This document shows, piece after piece, positions 41,418 through 54,852 of a stretch of 64,000 nucleotides of DNA. The stretch's first letter is position 1; every line of letters starts with the position of its first letter. The stretch covers positions 1 through 64,000 of the forward strand of contig KZ538096.1 in the NCBI GenBank assembly GCA_000934665.2. The letters run 5' to 3'. The notes beneath the pieces are model-generated. The model worked only from the letters and a program-made list of their open reading frames with translations, had not been told where the DNA came from and did no database searches. The stretch comes from Catajapyx aquilonaris (Eukaryota). A program made the translations under genes and the position numbers.

Positions 41418-42894
41418 GTACACCATCATACATAGTACACAGAGTACTCAGTTCACAGGGACCATGAAGAGCTTCGCAGAATGAGTATGTCACTATTAAC
41501 AAAAGCAGAATTCATTACACCTGCTTGCTGTACCAGCCAACAGTTCTGACAAGAATGACCATGACATTCCCTTCTCCAGCCCACCCCACATGCGAACCCC
41601 CCCCCCCTCCCCCATTTCTTTGTGTATGTGTGTGTGTGGCAGCACCCCCCAGGTTGGAAGCCCACCATTTGACACCCCCTTCCGGTCTTCCCCGAGAGCA
41701 ACATGGATGAAAACAGACAGCCTTTAGCTAGTCAATCTGGCCTAATCAGTTAAGCATCCTTCCCTGGAGTTACATTCTCCGGACCACGATTAGAACCCCT
41801 AGCTAGTGCAGCAGGATGGCCCAGGCAGCAGCCGCCGCAAACTCTCCTGTGTGGCATCCCTCAACAGATACGGCGGCTTCCCAATTAAACCACCCTAACC
41901 ATCCAACGTCCATTTCTGATAAAGGGCCGTCCCAAGAGGTCCTCCGTTCCTTAGTGTCATTCTCGCCACCCCCAAATCATGACTGACAGTCCAACCCTCC
42001 AAACAAGGATGATAATGCAATTCTGAGCCAAAGGAAGGGATATCAAGCCCCAACATCGGAGGAAGAGCCAATCCATTTATATTCCGTACCACTGCAACGC
42101 CATCACAAGTTGGACCTCGAATTTGTATAAAACGCCAGAAGTCAACAGATGACCCTGTTTGTTTTTCTAGCATTTTCACTTTTATTGCGAGTCCAACAAA
42201 GGGCAAAGACTGACCATTGGTATAGAGACCTTGCAGCTGACCAACTAGAAAAAATAGCGTGCAAGAGGTCAGCCACGCATAACCCTTCTCTCAAGGTCTG
42301 ACACTGCGACTCATACGATGCGAAAGACAATAGTTGTCTCTCATCTGGACGGGCCCATTACAGTGTCACCTGTAATTTGCATTAGAAGAATAGACAATGG
42401 CTGCTACCTGCATCAGGGAGGTGCAACTTCTTATCCAGAGGACCAGATATTATACATGGTCGTGGGTCGGATTCTTGATGAATGTTTGGGACGGCCAAGG
42501 CCGTACTGGTATACCTTTTTTATCTTTGGGGAAGTAGAAGGGAAAGGACAGGGTGGATCCGTTCTTATTGTTACAGGTCTGCTGTAAGTCACATTTTAAA
42601 CGACGAATCTGACATCCACCCTATATACAGATGGTATAGCTGTATATGGGAAATTTCGCTTTATGATCCCCCAAAAATCGGAAAGTGGTGAGCAAGAGGG
42701 GAGACTCCCAATATCATGAGTCAAAAGTAACATACATAGGCAAAAAAGAGGGTGGAGTTGGTACGATTACGGCAACGATCCGCGCATTCGATCGAACTCT
42801 AACTTTGTCCTACTATATCAGCAGGTTGGTTAGAACCTTCCCCCGCCCTTGGACCACCAATAAAATCATAGGAATAATATATTTAAATATGTTT

Positions 42895-43199
42895 ACCGAA
42901 GCAGTTTGGTGGAGTGGCTATAGGGTCCGACTGCTAATCGGGAGGTCCTGGGTTCGAGCCCCGGAGCCGGCAACTCTAACCGTGGGTTTCTGTGGTTTCC
43001 CACGGTCCCTCCAGGAGAATTCCGGGGTTGTTTCCTAATTAAAAAGGCCACAGCCGCCTCCTTCCTTCCCTATCCTATCCCAAAAAGCAAAAAATAAACA
43101 TGTAAGCAAGAGTTCCAGACAAAACAAAAATCCCCCCTAAAGAGCCGAAAAAGGCTGATAACGGGGTAAGATATAATAATATTATTATATTATATTATA
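42895..43199 (+). mobile_element. SINE family A, copy 1 (full length, with TSD)
   Basis: tRNA-like head (TCCGA-CTGCTAA-TCGGG arm; GGTTCGAGCCC B box), conserved body and stem-loop end. 16-bp TSD ATATTTAAAT(A/G)TGTTT at 42879-42894 and 43200-43215. Confidence 0.88.
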
Positions 43200-43505
43200 A
43201 TATTTAAATGTGTTTCTAAAATATTCTGACTGATGTCATGGGGTCCTAGCCTAAATTTTGCAAACACGTGTAGAAAATCGTCCTTATTTTTAAATGAGTT
43301 TGGTGTTTTTTGTTTGACGAAAATATTAGTTTTCGAACTATGATCGATCTAAGATCATAATAATTATACGGTATCGTAATGCCCTCTGACATCACTGTTG
43401 TCAAAAAATAAACATGCAGAGACAGGAATGCACCCGGGTTGCTTTGTTCCTTTGTTTGTTGCCTAACAACGGAATCGAACGATCGCAAGTAAAGCCGAAT
43501 CAAAC

Positions 43506-43796
43506 CAAAGAGTTCTGCTATTATATAATATAATACCTAGAGGAGGTACTCCCTATCCTTTTCCATTAGACAGGCTGAGGCAGCCGCCATCTTGTTGGAG
43601 GTAATATTGTTGTTCTAACAGTTGTCTAGCAACTGGGACAACAACCAATAATGACAACTGGGCGACAATTAGTTCAAATAATGTCAGGCGTCCGCCATCT
43701 TGTTGGAGGTAATATTGTTGCCTGCATTGTTGCCTGCCTCACATTTCAGGCCGAGTACCTCCTCTAGGTGTGTATATAATATAGCAGAACTCTTTG
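43506..43796. mobile_element. MITE with 8-bp TSD (P-element or hAT superfamily)
   Basis: AATCAAAC|CAAAGAGTTCTGCTAT...ATAGCAGAACTCTTTG|AATCAAAC. The inverted arms extend through CCTAGAGGAGGTACTC. Internal 29-bp direct repeat at 43584-43612 and 43692-43720. Confidence 0.88.
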
Positions 43797-46713
43797 AATC
43801 AAACGGGACCGCCTGTAAATAAACCGAATCGAACGTCTGCGAGGAAACGGCCTGCTGACGTCACTGTTGTCAGAGGCCACGCCCCCGTTTTTCCCGCCAA
43901 TTTGCGAGTGACTTTTAAACCCCCTATAATTAATCCATTTGGTGCCATTTTTGCCATTTTGGTGCCGAAAAGTGGTGAAATGCGTGTTTATATGTATCGT
44001 TGAGCTATTCGTGTACAAATTACCCAAATCCCAGCCGAGGCCAAGGCTAGAACCCCATTACTATAAGAATTGTTTCAATTTCAATCAGTCTATATATAGT
44101 GAACACGACAGTTCCTGTTGCCAATCACCAGCCCAGCCGCAGACAAGCGGTCTGAATCGAAGCTGACACGAGGTCGGTCATTTAGGATCGGTCGAAGCGA
44201 AAGGTGAGTGCATGGTCCACGCCCCGTAGGAAGAGATCTCATCCCAAAAAGAAGCGACTCTGTCCATCCCATCCGTCAGGAGGACGAAGGGCCTTGATTG
44301 GTCATTCATTTGGCGACATTGAAGAGATGGGGAGCTGGGACGATGGCCGTCAACTTCGCACTCGGCTGTAAATTAAGGCTCGGCCTCGTGTGGTCCTGCC
44401 TCTCGGCCTCTATGCTCTGCTGTTTATGGCACGGCGTTGTGAAGACAACAAACGCCCGCTGCCTTCCCCTGACTTTGATTGATTATAGATTGTAGAAATG
44501 TCAAATTGTGAAGAGAGCACCGAAAATTAATGATGAAAAGAGACGAAGAAACTTGTTCCGATGTGGAGGGGGAGAGGAATAGAGAGATGTGGGGTGGGGG
44601 GGGGGGAAGAAACTGGGGGAGGAAAAACCCCCTCTTTCCACTTCCGTTAGTGAAAAAAGATTATATGGTTTCATTCTAAGAGTTCTGTGAATTGACGGTG
44701 AAACCATCATTTACAAGAGCTAGCAGGTTAGTTTGAGAAGAGCTGTTGATATCAAAACACATCTTGGGGTTAATGACAGACGCGATTAACCTGTCATCTC
44801 TAATTTGCTGGCCCACTGAAAAATGGACTTGGGTTTTTCCCCGTATTCAACCTAGAAAGTCAGTTCCAAAAAATTGTCGAGTTGGGTCCTGCTGGGGGCG
44901 GGGTGTTCGAAAGATGGAATTGAGCATTGGGGATCCTAGGCTGTTCCCAAGGTTTGAATGACAGGGGCAGGAGGGGACCCCAGTCGGATGATGGATGATC
45001 TGAGAAGGCCATCCCAGCAATGGTAGCCACTTCTGGATTCTGGTTGGCTGTACAGTTGCAGTTGCAGCCGATTGACTCGTCTGGCGGAAGCAGATGACCA
45101 CCATGACCTCTTCTGAGCGACCTTTATTTTTTCTCCCCCCATTTCCTGGGCCTGGAACCCTGTTGTTACGTCTAGACCCATATGGCCAACACAGCTGCCA
45201 AGTTCCTGCTAGAGCTAGAGGAAAAACAGGGCTGGGGTGTACCCACGGGTCAATTACCTCCTGGTAAAAAAACAGGCCTAAAATTCATATATTAAATCCG
45301 CGTGGTGTCGAATCAATATTCATTTCCATATCGACTTCCAACCCTCCCTATTTGATCAAATTCGATATTACGCCCGCCCAAACTAGAACCGCCACCCGTC
45401 CGATTGAAGAAGAAAAATGGTCTGACCGACTGGCGAGTTACACCCGGCGTTAATATACTGGACTACAGACTACAGAGTGTAAAAGCAGTATGTGGAAAAA
45501 GTGTCACTTTCAAATCCTGTATGTACGACCTTTGACCTGCACATCTTCCCCCCGTGGGATGGAGCAGCTGCAAAGTGTGGTGCCAGTACATGCAAGAGGG
45601 GGCTTATATGGCCACAGCATCCCCCTCGAAAAAGCCCCAAGTGAGCACCATTACCCTCCTTCCGATTGGCGTCACCCACTCCCCTCAGGACTAGAATCGA
45701 TTCCTCTATTGATTCATTTGAAGGGAGTAGGGGTTGGTACCATTGGTCAGTTAGCCGATAGCAAAAGCGAACCATGTGCCCTGCCCCCCTCTTGCTTGTC
45801 CTTCTAATGGTCCTCCTCCGGTAGGCCTAAATGAACGGGCCACTTATGAGAAACGGGATCACATAAATCATGGGGGATTAGGTTAATAGGAAAGCGTGAT
45901 TCAAAGGCAGGGGATCAGGGAGATCGGCTAGGGAGGCTGTGGGTTTTTGGTCAGAGGGTTGCAGGCAACGTGTCACCGACAGCCTCAACTCCAACAGCAT
46001 TGTGAACCCGCCACACGCATCCGAGATTACCCTCCCTTTCCAAAAAAAAAACAAAAATTAGATGCATATTCCAGTTTTTAAAATGGCGAAGATTCATTGC
46101 GAGTGGAAATAATAATTGAAATAAGTGTGGCCATCAACGCCCCCTCTAACGACCCACTAACGTCTCTCAATTACTCACCAAGTGCAGAAATGAAAGACTG
46201 TGTGATAGTTATTGCCCTGTTGTTACCAAAATGGCCCCATTTCGCATTCTCCCCCCCCCCCTCCCTGCCCCTCTTTTAAACGCCCCGCTCGCTCTCCAAT
46301 AGCGTCATGGCTCTAACGTCTATTGATAAAGCCGCTATTGTAAGAGGGAAGACCACCAAATGCTGGCTGGTCCCGGATATCAAAAGGAACCAAAGGCTGG
46401 AATCCGGATTACAATTCCGATACCTGTCCCCTTGATTGCGGGGTTTTCTAAGGACTAGTGATTGATACGACGCGATTAGTGAATTAGTCGAATCCTAATT
46501 AAGACCAACCGGTTGCCCACTTGTTGATCTGATAGCATGCGCATGAATCACTCGCAAAAAAAAAGTAGTACTTTTTGTGCCAATGTTTTGCACCCCCTCT
46601 GTTGACGATGTGACAATAGGAAATGACAGCGTTCGATTGGTCCATCCCTGGTCACGTGGGGGGTGTCCCTCATTCCCCCCTCTGGTCCCCTCGAGCACCC
46701 CCGAAAGTTGGTG

Positions 46714-46782
46714 ATGGAGTGGACTGTGAAGGTCGAAGGCAACTCCTGGACTATCACAAATCATTCGACCGGACCTCAATAG
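46714..46782 (+). other. Candidate in-frame uORF, 22 aa (MEWTVKVEGNSWTITNHSTGPQ*)
   Basis: GTGATGG start context, same frame as ftz, TAG stop 12 nt before the main ATG. Real only if it lies in the mRNA. Confidence 0.4.
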
Positions 46783-46794
46783 TCTTGCATTATT

Positions 46795-47176
46795 ATGAGT
46801 TCCTACTTCTCAAACATACCGGCTGGAAATTGGTCACCTGGAGGTCATCATCAGGACTTTACGCAGGGTGCCAATAAGTATGGGGTCAATTATGGAGACG
46901 CCGCGTTCGGACAGTATGCTCCTCGCTATGGCGCCACGTATGGGTTTGGCCCCGGGTCAAAAACTAGCCCCGAGTGTGATGGATTGGAAGCCCAGCCTGG
47001 TATGTTCACACCAGGTCGGTCAGAGGTCAGTCCGACCGTCCCTCTGGAGTGTGTGGACTACAAAGTTACGCAGGTCATGACCCAACAACCGGCTTTTACC
47101 CCCCAAGGATTCGACCTGACCCGAACTGCTGACCAGACCAAGGCTAATTACTATCCATGGATGAAGTCGTACACTG
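46795..47176 (+). CDS. ftz: Hox gene coding exon 1 (fushi tarazu, Hox6/Antp class): N-terminal MSSYF and YPWM hexapeptide
   Basis: ORF starts MSSYF and reaches NYYPWMKSYT. It ends at a canonical donor ACTG|GTAAGT (GT at 47177, phase 1). No LXXLL motif in the translation. Confidence 0.88.
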
Positions 47177-47771
<595 letters not shown>

Positions 47772-48482
47772 AACCAGTCCCCGACACCTTTCCAACGTAT
47801 ATGGTTTGACGTGCTAGTGATTGTTCGGTGGTTTTTGTCCGTCAGTGTACAGGTGAGGGTATACTTTCACGAGGCTCAACCGGTACCGCTGATTTATAGC
47901 ACCTGATCATTCCCGTGTCTGTTTGTACCGTTTCTTGGTGGTGTCGGGCTCTTTATGGTTGGGGCAAATGTTTCCAAACTCAGGTGATACCCTTATCCTT
48001 TGAGTCCGCCCACTTTCTCCTCCTAAAATTTCAAGCTGTCCAGAAAATCCTCTAGTCAGTTGACTTAGTAGTGGCAAAGGAACGAGTTGGAGTTTAGCAT
48101 ATCATTGGTTGCATTGGCTCATCCGCCATTTGTTGTAAGTATAATGTCAGTTTCGTATTTAGACCATGTTTTGGCGCATTTTGTCATGTTAATTTAAATC
48201 TAGTCGCAGCGTATGGCACATATCAGTTAGGCTAAGTTTCATCAATGCAAATTAGGGAAACTCTCAGGCTCCATAGTAAGAGATTATCTTCTTTCTTTGA
48301 GTTGATACAACTGACTTTTAGTGTCCAATATGGCACATTGACCACATGTCTTCATGGCCAAATGGCGTCGAATTTGGAAGTTGTGGGGAGCCTTCCGCGA
48401 AGTTTTCTAACAGTCGCCCTAGATTGGTTTCGCCGTGCTACAATATTTTTAGAGGAGTATTTTCTTAATACTGTAATATTGG

Positions 48483-48488
48483 AATAAA
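48483..48488 (+). terminator. Candidate proximal poly(A) signal of ftz
   Basis: AATAAA about 710 nt after the stop, followed by T-rich sequence. Another AATAAA lies near 49530. Confidence 0.45.
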
Positions 48489-48760
48489 AATAGGGTCAGT
48501 TTTTTTCTTATGTAACAAAATCCTGTTTTGAGTTTCGTAAAATTGCAATATTAAAAAATTACCACGGAAGGCGCTAAGTACACACCGGTACTCGATAATT
48601 TTTATTTAAATTTTTGCAGTATGATACTAGTAGATGATGTCTAATATGCTTATTGCTTATTCAAGCTAAGGCAATGATATTTCCGCATCACTGAGTATAA
48701 TTTTTGTGCTTCTATTGAATAATTATAACAGTTACCTGCAACGAACAATTATGTCAATAT

Positions 48761-48844
48761 GTGGAATTTTTTGTCCCACTGCTAACTTAGCAGCACCATT
48801 GACAACATTGCTTATAGTAACTAAGTTGAACGAAAATTCCACCC
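48761..48844. mobile_element. Decayed copy of the 23514 palindromic element
   Basis: GTGGAATTTTTTGTCCCACTGCTAACTTAGCAGCA...CGAAAATTCCACCC. Confidence 0.65.
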
Positions 48845-49402
48845 AATGTTATTAAGTGTCATAGAGACTAATAGGACAAAGAACCGAATTTCATGGCCAT
48901 TTTAAATTAAAAATTGCAAATTCACAACTTGAAAGGGCCCATCTACAGGAAAATCTGGAGTTCACTCTTTTTATATATACAGTACCGGTACTTATAATAA
49001 TACAGAAACGACCTTCAATACAAATTACAAGGCACCACGGTGAAACCAACCCGGTCAATATAATGATGCCCTGATGTCACACCTTGACAAGAGTCCATCA
49101 TGTAGCCTACGGTCATGAGCAAAAGGCAGGCGCACAAAAAACCCGAGCAATATTCCAAACAGCTGCCTCTTGATTGGACATGGTCTATCCCAGCCTATTC
49201 AAAAAAAAAATCTATTTTTTCCACAGAAATCATGCAGCAATACAAGGCTATCATAACGCATATAACCAGTCGATATTTTTTTTATTTAAAGTAACAATGC
49301 GAACTATGAACAAAATTGTGCATAGAATATAGGCAAAATATTGTATAATATTTCAGCTTAAGAGCTTTTATCAAAATTAACTTTCATTTAGAAATATTTG
49401 CT

Positions 49403-49438
<36 letters not shown>

Positions 49439-51204
49439 TGCGAGAAAATTCAAAAATCACTGATTTTTTTTTCAAAATCACGTGCCTACAATTCAGCCAC
49501 AACTAGAAAAAGCACAGCTACTCATAGTAAATAAACTTTGATTTTACTCAAGAGAGCAACTTCCCCTCACCCGCTTTCCCTCTCCACTTTTTTCCCTCCC
49601 CTCGTCCTCTCTTTTTTCCCTCCATCCTTGGAGCAGTAGGGGGAGGCGGCGATGGGGAGGGGGGGGGGGGGACGAGGCGGGTCCCATCCGCCATTGCTGC
49701 TCCAGCTCCCAACATTCATCCGGTGAGGTTAGAGTTCGCCTTATTTTACCCCTTGGTACGTACTTTCCACCCACCAAATTAATCCTACCAGAAGTCGTTT
49801 AACTACCATAAGATGCCCTGTGACCTTCTAATACTCTTTAAGGGCGTGTATTAGCCCAGTTGCCTCGAACGGGTCTTGACATTATGAGCCCTAGAAGCTT
49901 TCCGCCATATTGCTTTTCCCCAACGTAATATTGACGAACCGTGAACCTCACGGAATTTAGGGTTGCGTTTTTGGGAACTTGAAAAGTGCGTGAATTTTTG
50001 GGTACGGGGTTAGAGAAAGTGGTCGCTAGTTGTCCACAGAGGTCAGCTTTTGATGGTGGGGTGTCGTAAAAGTAAAGGGTCTCGTCCCGAATTGCCCTAT
50101 CCTTTTGGGCCGACGGATTCCTTTCCTTTATTGCTTAACACCAGTACAATTGACTAAAGGATGACAATAAGGATGAGCTCTAAGCTTGTTTTTCTGGCCT
50201 AGGTCAGAGTGACCCTTACTCTTGTTGTTCAGCTCGGCTGGTAAACAACCTAGTCAAGACCGGACTTTACAGGTTTTTGTGACTCTAGGCTTGTACTTGC
50301 ACAGTATTGGGGGGCTAACTGGTTTTAGATAAGCAGCTATTATCTTATCTAGTCCACCATATTTTTCTGTGAAGTGTGTAAAATATTAGCCACTACGTTG
50401 GTGACCGACTTATGTGCCATATATGAATGCAAGTTGCTCAATAATGTGCCAATTAACTATCCAGTGTCTTTAGCACAAAATTGCCACATATTCGATAGAG
50501 ATATGATTCACAAAATTTATTTAAGCCACATGTTTATTTCACTCTTCAACTTTTTCGGCAATATGTATTTTACTTCTTACAAGGTCTGTGTTTACGTTGT
50601 ACTAAATTGGCTGATATTGTCAAAGCCTGTTTTATACATCAATGATCTGGTCCTAATCTTGGCCAAGAGAGAGTGTGTAGGTAATAAGTCAACTAATACG
50701 GGTAACCAAGTCATGAATTATATGGATTATTTTATGGCCTGAATATCCTTTTATAGACCGTAAATTTTAACGTAACATTGTATACTTGTCACTTTATTGC
50801 GTCAAAATGTGCAGCAAAAATGTATCTTGATGACAACATATCTTGCAATATTTGGTCGCAATAGAAACCTAGTCCAAGAATATATTGTGCCTTCTTGTAC
50901 TGTGTTTCCAAAATATGTTTGTACAGTATGATAATAGACTTGTATGTGATGAGCCTCATGCATTTTCCTGGGACAAAACAGTAAATCCATTACAATAATT
51001 GGGGAGGTCAATTTTTCTTCAATTTTAATTAACGCAACACTAATCCCAGTAATTCATAAAATTATTGTGTTAAATTACATTAGTACCGTACGTCCGTAAA
51101 TAATATGCTTATACACACTTAATGTGCAGTGTGTCTGTAGCTCAATGCTATAGGTTCTATTCCTAGCAGCCGGACAAAAAATAGGCCTATTAGGGTATTA
51201 TCCG

Positions 51205-51206
<2 letters not shown>

Positions 51207-51263
<57 letters not shown>
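51207..51263. repeat. (CT)n / GAGA microsatellite
   Basis: Directly visible. Confidence 0.95.
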
Positions 51264-51267
<4 letters not shown>

Positions 51268-53674
51268 GCATGAAGGCACATCACATAAATGTGTGAAAAT
51301 CAAAAGTAGGTTAATTGTAATTGATAAAAATTACGTCACATGTTCCTATACCACATCAGGTGTCATTCCAGTCAATGCATGTATCAAATGCTCATGCAGT
51401 GTTTTAAAGCAATCACTTTGTAAAGTCGAAGGCACTCGAATAGTGGTGTCATGTGTATTTTTGAACTGTGGTGTACGTTGGTCAATAAATATGAATTTTG
51501 ACGGGGTAACTATAACACATATTTGTTTAATAATTAGGCCTATGACCCATAACAATTCTTGCACACAATACGCTTTATTCCCAGCCACTGTTACAATAAT
51601 ATTTATAAGACCTAGGCTATTAGGCAATGACCTGTACACAGCACATATATATAGCCGATTATATAGTCAAGGTCCGGTCTCCTCCATTTCAATGAGCAGT
51701 AAAAACAACAATTTGGCACGAAAATGATGGGAGACAAACATTTAATTCTGACTCAATACATCCGAAGCAAATTAAATCAGTTGCAATCACAATTGGGGCG
51801 TGCGAGATAAATTATTGTCCACAAACAAATATACGGTATGTTATTTGAAATATGGTGACCAAGTTTTTAAAATTCCCATCCAGCCTCACCTGACTAAAAA
51901 CAAACGAAGTAAAAAAAGGATACATAATGTGATTATAAATATTCATTTTTAAGTATGAAAGAAAAATTGTCAAAATATTTTATTAAATATTTCGTTACAA
52001 AAACCCATCGCATGCCATCCATATCTCTTGTTATTATTGTGTTGATACGAGTTGAAGGTGTTCTGGCATCAGGGTAAGTCCTATGGCATTTACTATAATT
52101 TTTAGCTAATGCATATTACGAAACCAAAGTGAACAAAATTATCGATCGAATTATACTTATAACATACCGTTTTTTGAAAATATTGCGTCAGTGTTTTCGT
52201 TAACTATGCAGCTGCAAAATGTGACATTTTATTTGTACAATCATAGTAATGGTGTAATATCTGTATTCAAACAGTCAATATTTTTGAAACCTGACGTAAG
52301 TCTTACACTTAAAATTGGAAGAGCTTCCTATGGGATCATATTAACATACTGCTACTTCCAAACAACAGAAAAATAGGCGACTACATCGACTCCTTTAATA
52401 TAAAAACTATATCTTAAAACCACACATGTTTTTCAAATAATTCTGTAAAAATTCTTCAATGATACCGCGTTATATTAACTGCTTATTCAGCATTTTGAAT
52501 TCAACACTATCATATACCACGTTGTGTATGGATTGGTTCAGGTAGAGAAAATACAGAGAACATCCTCATACGCATGGTCGCTCTTAAAATATTGCTGTCC
52601 CGATCTTATCCAAAAATGTAATTTTGAATTAAAATTTCTATTCGCATAATTTGGCATCAATTACATTTTAAGTAATCATAATAAAAGAATGAGTCCCGGA
52701 AAACATATTTGTTAGTCCTCTACATTTCACTTCACATTCACAAAGAACACCTCCATTTACAGCATGGAACTTCCTGGATGCAACTGAAAAGGTCTGCACT
52801 CCTTATTTTGAGTAATGGCACAATTACAGTGACCGTGCCGTAGCAATTCGCAGCCACAAGACAAATGCCCGCGAAAAATACCCTGCCTCCAAAAAGTGGG
52901 TCGCCATCACTACCCTGCCATTTTGTATGCAACCACTCGCTCATTTCATCCGACCAGTAGGTGACAAAAACACAATAAAAACCGTGACCCGCCTGGGACT
53001 AAAAGATACGTGTGTGACACTGGGAAGCCGGGAGCTGGGGGATGGAGAGGTTTTTTTTTAAAAAAAAAACTGGAAGAATAATCTCAAAGTCCTGGCCTGT
53101 CAGCAAGCGGTCCGCCATTCAATCCTAATTCATAATGGCGGGCGCTTGGGCGAGCCTAGCGGCCAGCCATAAACATTCCCCAAATTTCATTCAACAGGTT
53201 AATAGCCCGCACTATGTCGTGGTTTCGTTTCCAGTGCATTCGGAATACCTTCAAGCCCCCTCCCCACTAATGTGTGCTGGTCAATTTGTCACAACCGACT
53301 CCGACTTTTATTACAAGGCAGTGGCGTATCCATGATTTTAGTTCAGGGAAGGGGTGCTGGCAGGCGCGTGTGGATATAAATCAAGTGGGACGGAATAAAT
53401 ATGGATCGTGCTATAGCTTATATGTTGCATTGAATTTAACAGTTAAAAATTGTTGGTATTGCAAAAATAGGTGAAAATCTATTTTGAATAAATATATTTC
53501 CGTGGAGATAGTGAGAGTTATTATTTAATTGCATTTTTAAAAACTCATCACGATTAGAAGATAAGTATATACATGCTATGCTTTATTGAGTAACTTTTTA
53601 ATGCATATTCTGAATTGACTATAAAAACTCGTATCAATGTCAGCAACAAATTGCTATAAGATAAGGTTATCAAA

Positions 53675-53732
53675 TTCAGCAACATGGTTCAATGATTCAG
53701 AAGACATGGTTGAATGGTTCAGAAGACATGGT
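53675..53732. repeat. Tandem repeat, unit about 21 bp, roughly 3 copies
   Basis: TTCAG(C/AAG)ACATGGTT(C/G)AATG repeated. Confidence 0.7.
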
Positions 53733-53850
53733 TTCTGTAACGAGTGACAGGAATCTTGTCTTCTGAAATAAACATGTCAAAGTTACGGTACAGTAAGTAA
53801 CGTGATTTATCTCCTACGATATTATAGTAATAATAATTAATATATAATTC

Positions 53851-54115
53851 ATACCCCGTTATCAGCCGGCGGCTCTTTAGGGTTTTTTTTTACTGGAACT
53901 CTTCGTTTCGTTTTTACTGCGCTTTTTGGGATAGGATAGGAAAGGAAGGAGGCGGCTGTGGCCTATTAGTTTAGGAAACAACTCCGGAATTCTCCTGGAG
54001 GAACCGTGGGAAACCACAGAAAACCACGGTTAGAGTTGCCGGCACCGGGATTCGAACCCAGGACCTCCCGATTAGCAGTCGGATACCATATCCCCTCCGC
54101 CACCACTGCTTCGGT
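53851..54115 (-). mobile_element. SINE family A, copy 2 (inverted relative to copy 1)
   Basis: The reverse complement aligns end to end with 42895-43168. Probable TSD TAC(G/T)ATATTATAGTAA at 53815-53830 and 54116-54131. Confidence 0.88.
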
Positions 54116-54127
54116 TACTATATTATA

Positions 54128-54348
54128 GTAAGGTGAAGTGGAGTAAGTGCATTCACGGGGTAAGTGCATATATTGTGCCGCCATATTAAAATGAAAATGG
54201 CTGACGACACCAAAACGCGTCAGTCACTCTTTTGTGTAGCTGCACATAACATCCCCCGCGGTTTGGTGTCGTCAGCCATTTTCATTCCAATATGGCGGCC
54301 CCGTGTATGCACTTACCCCGTGTGTGCACTTACCCCACTTCACCTTAC
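54128..54348. mobile_element. Hairpin MITE (possibly Tc1/pogo-like)
   Basis: GTAAGGTGAAGTGGAGTAAGTGCA / TGCACTTACCCCACTTCACCTTAC termini, plus inner inverted pair AATGAAAATGGCTGACGACACCAAA / TTTGGTGTCGTCAGCCATTTTCATT. Confidence 0.8.
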
Positions 54349-54852
54349 ATGATTGTGCGCCGCATGGAAAGTCTTTCCCTCCTTTACAACAGTGAGTCTT
54401 TTTATTCAAGCTCTACAATAAATTCTTACAATAGCTATACATCAATTACTCGCTAATTACCAGTAGCCTACGTCTCTCAAGTAATGGCTCAAGACAATGT
54501 TACATACAATATTGTAATTTTATTCTCATGCCATGAAATATTTTAAATGAACCAAACTATTTTCTGGTGGTATTTCATTTAAGCAATAAGTAGTTGGAGT
54601 CTAGTAATAACTTCGTCAAATTTACAATACATAATGTTCATATAAGGTCAATATATGAAGCTGCTGGTCTTTTGGCGCTTTCTGGTTTCGTAGAATATAC
54701 AGTTTGACTCCGGGGTCTATCCGCACTCTGCAGTTTCGAATCCAAAAATTGGCCGAATTGCTTTTTTTAAAAATTTACGAATTATTTTAAAACAGGAAGC
54801 CGAGATCATCCTGAAAGTAGTTTTCTCATAAATAGCCATTTGTCAATTGTCT

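Noticed and set aside
42895..42970. Possible tRNA-Ser(GCT) gene (also at 54040-54115 and 57882-57952)
   Set aside because: No long variable arm or clean acceptor stem. It continues into a shared body, tail and TSD, so it is a SINE head.
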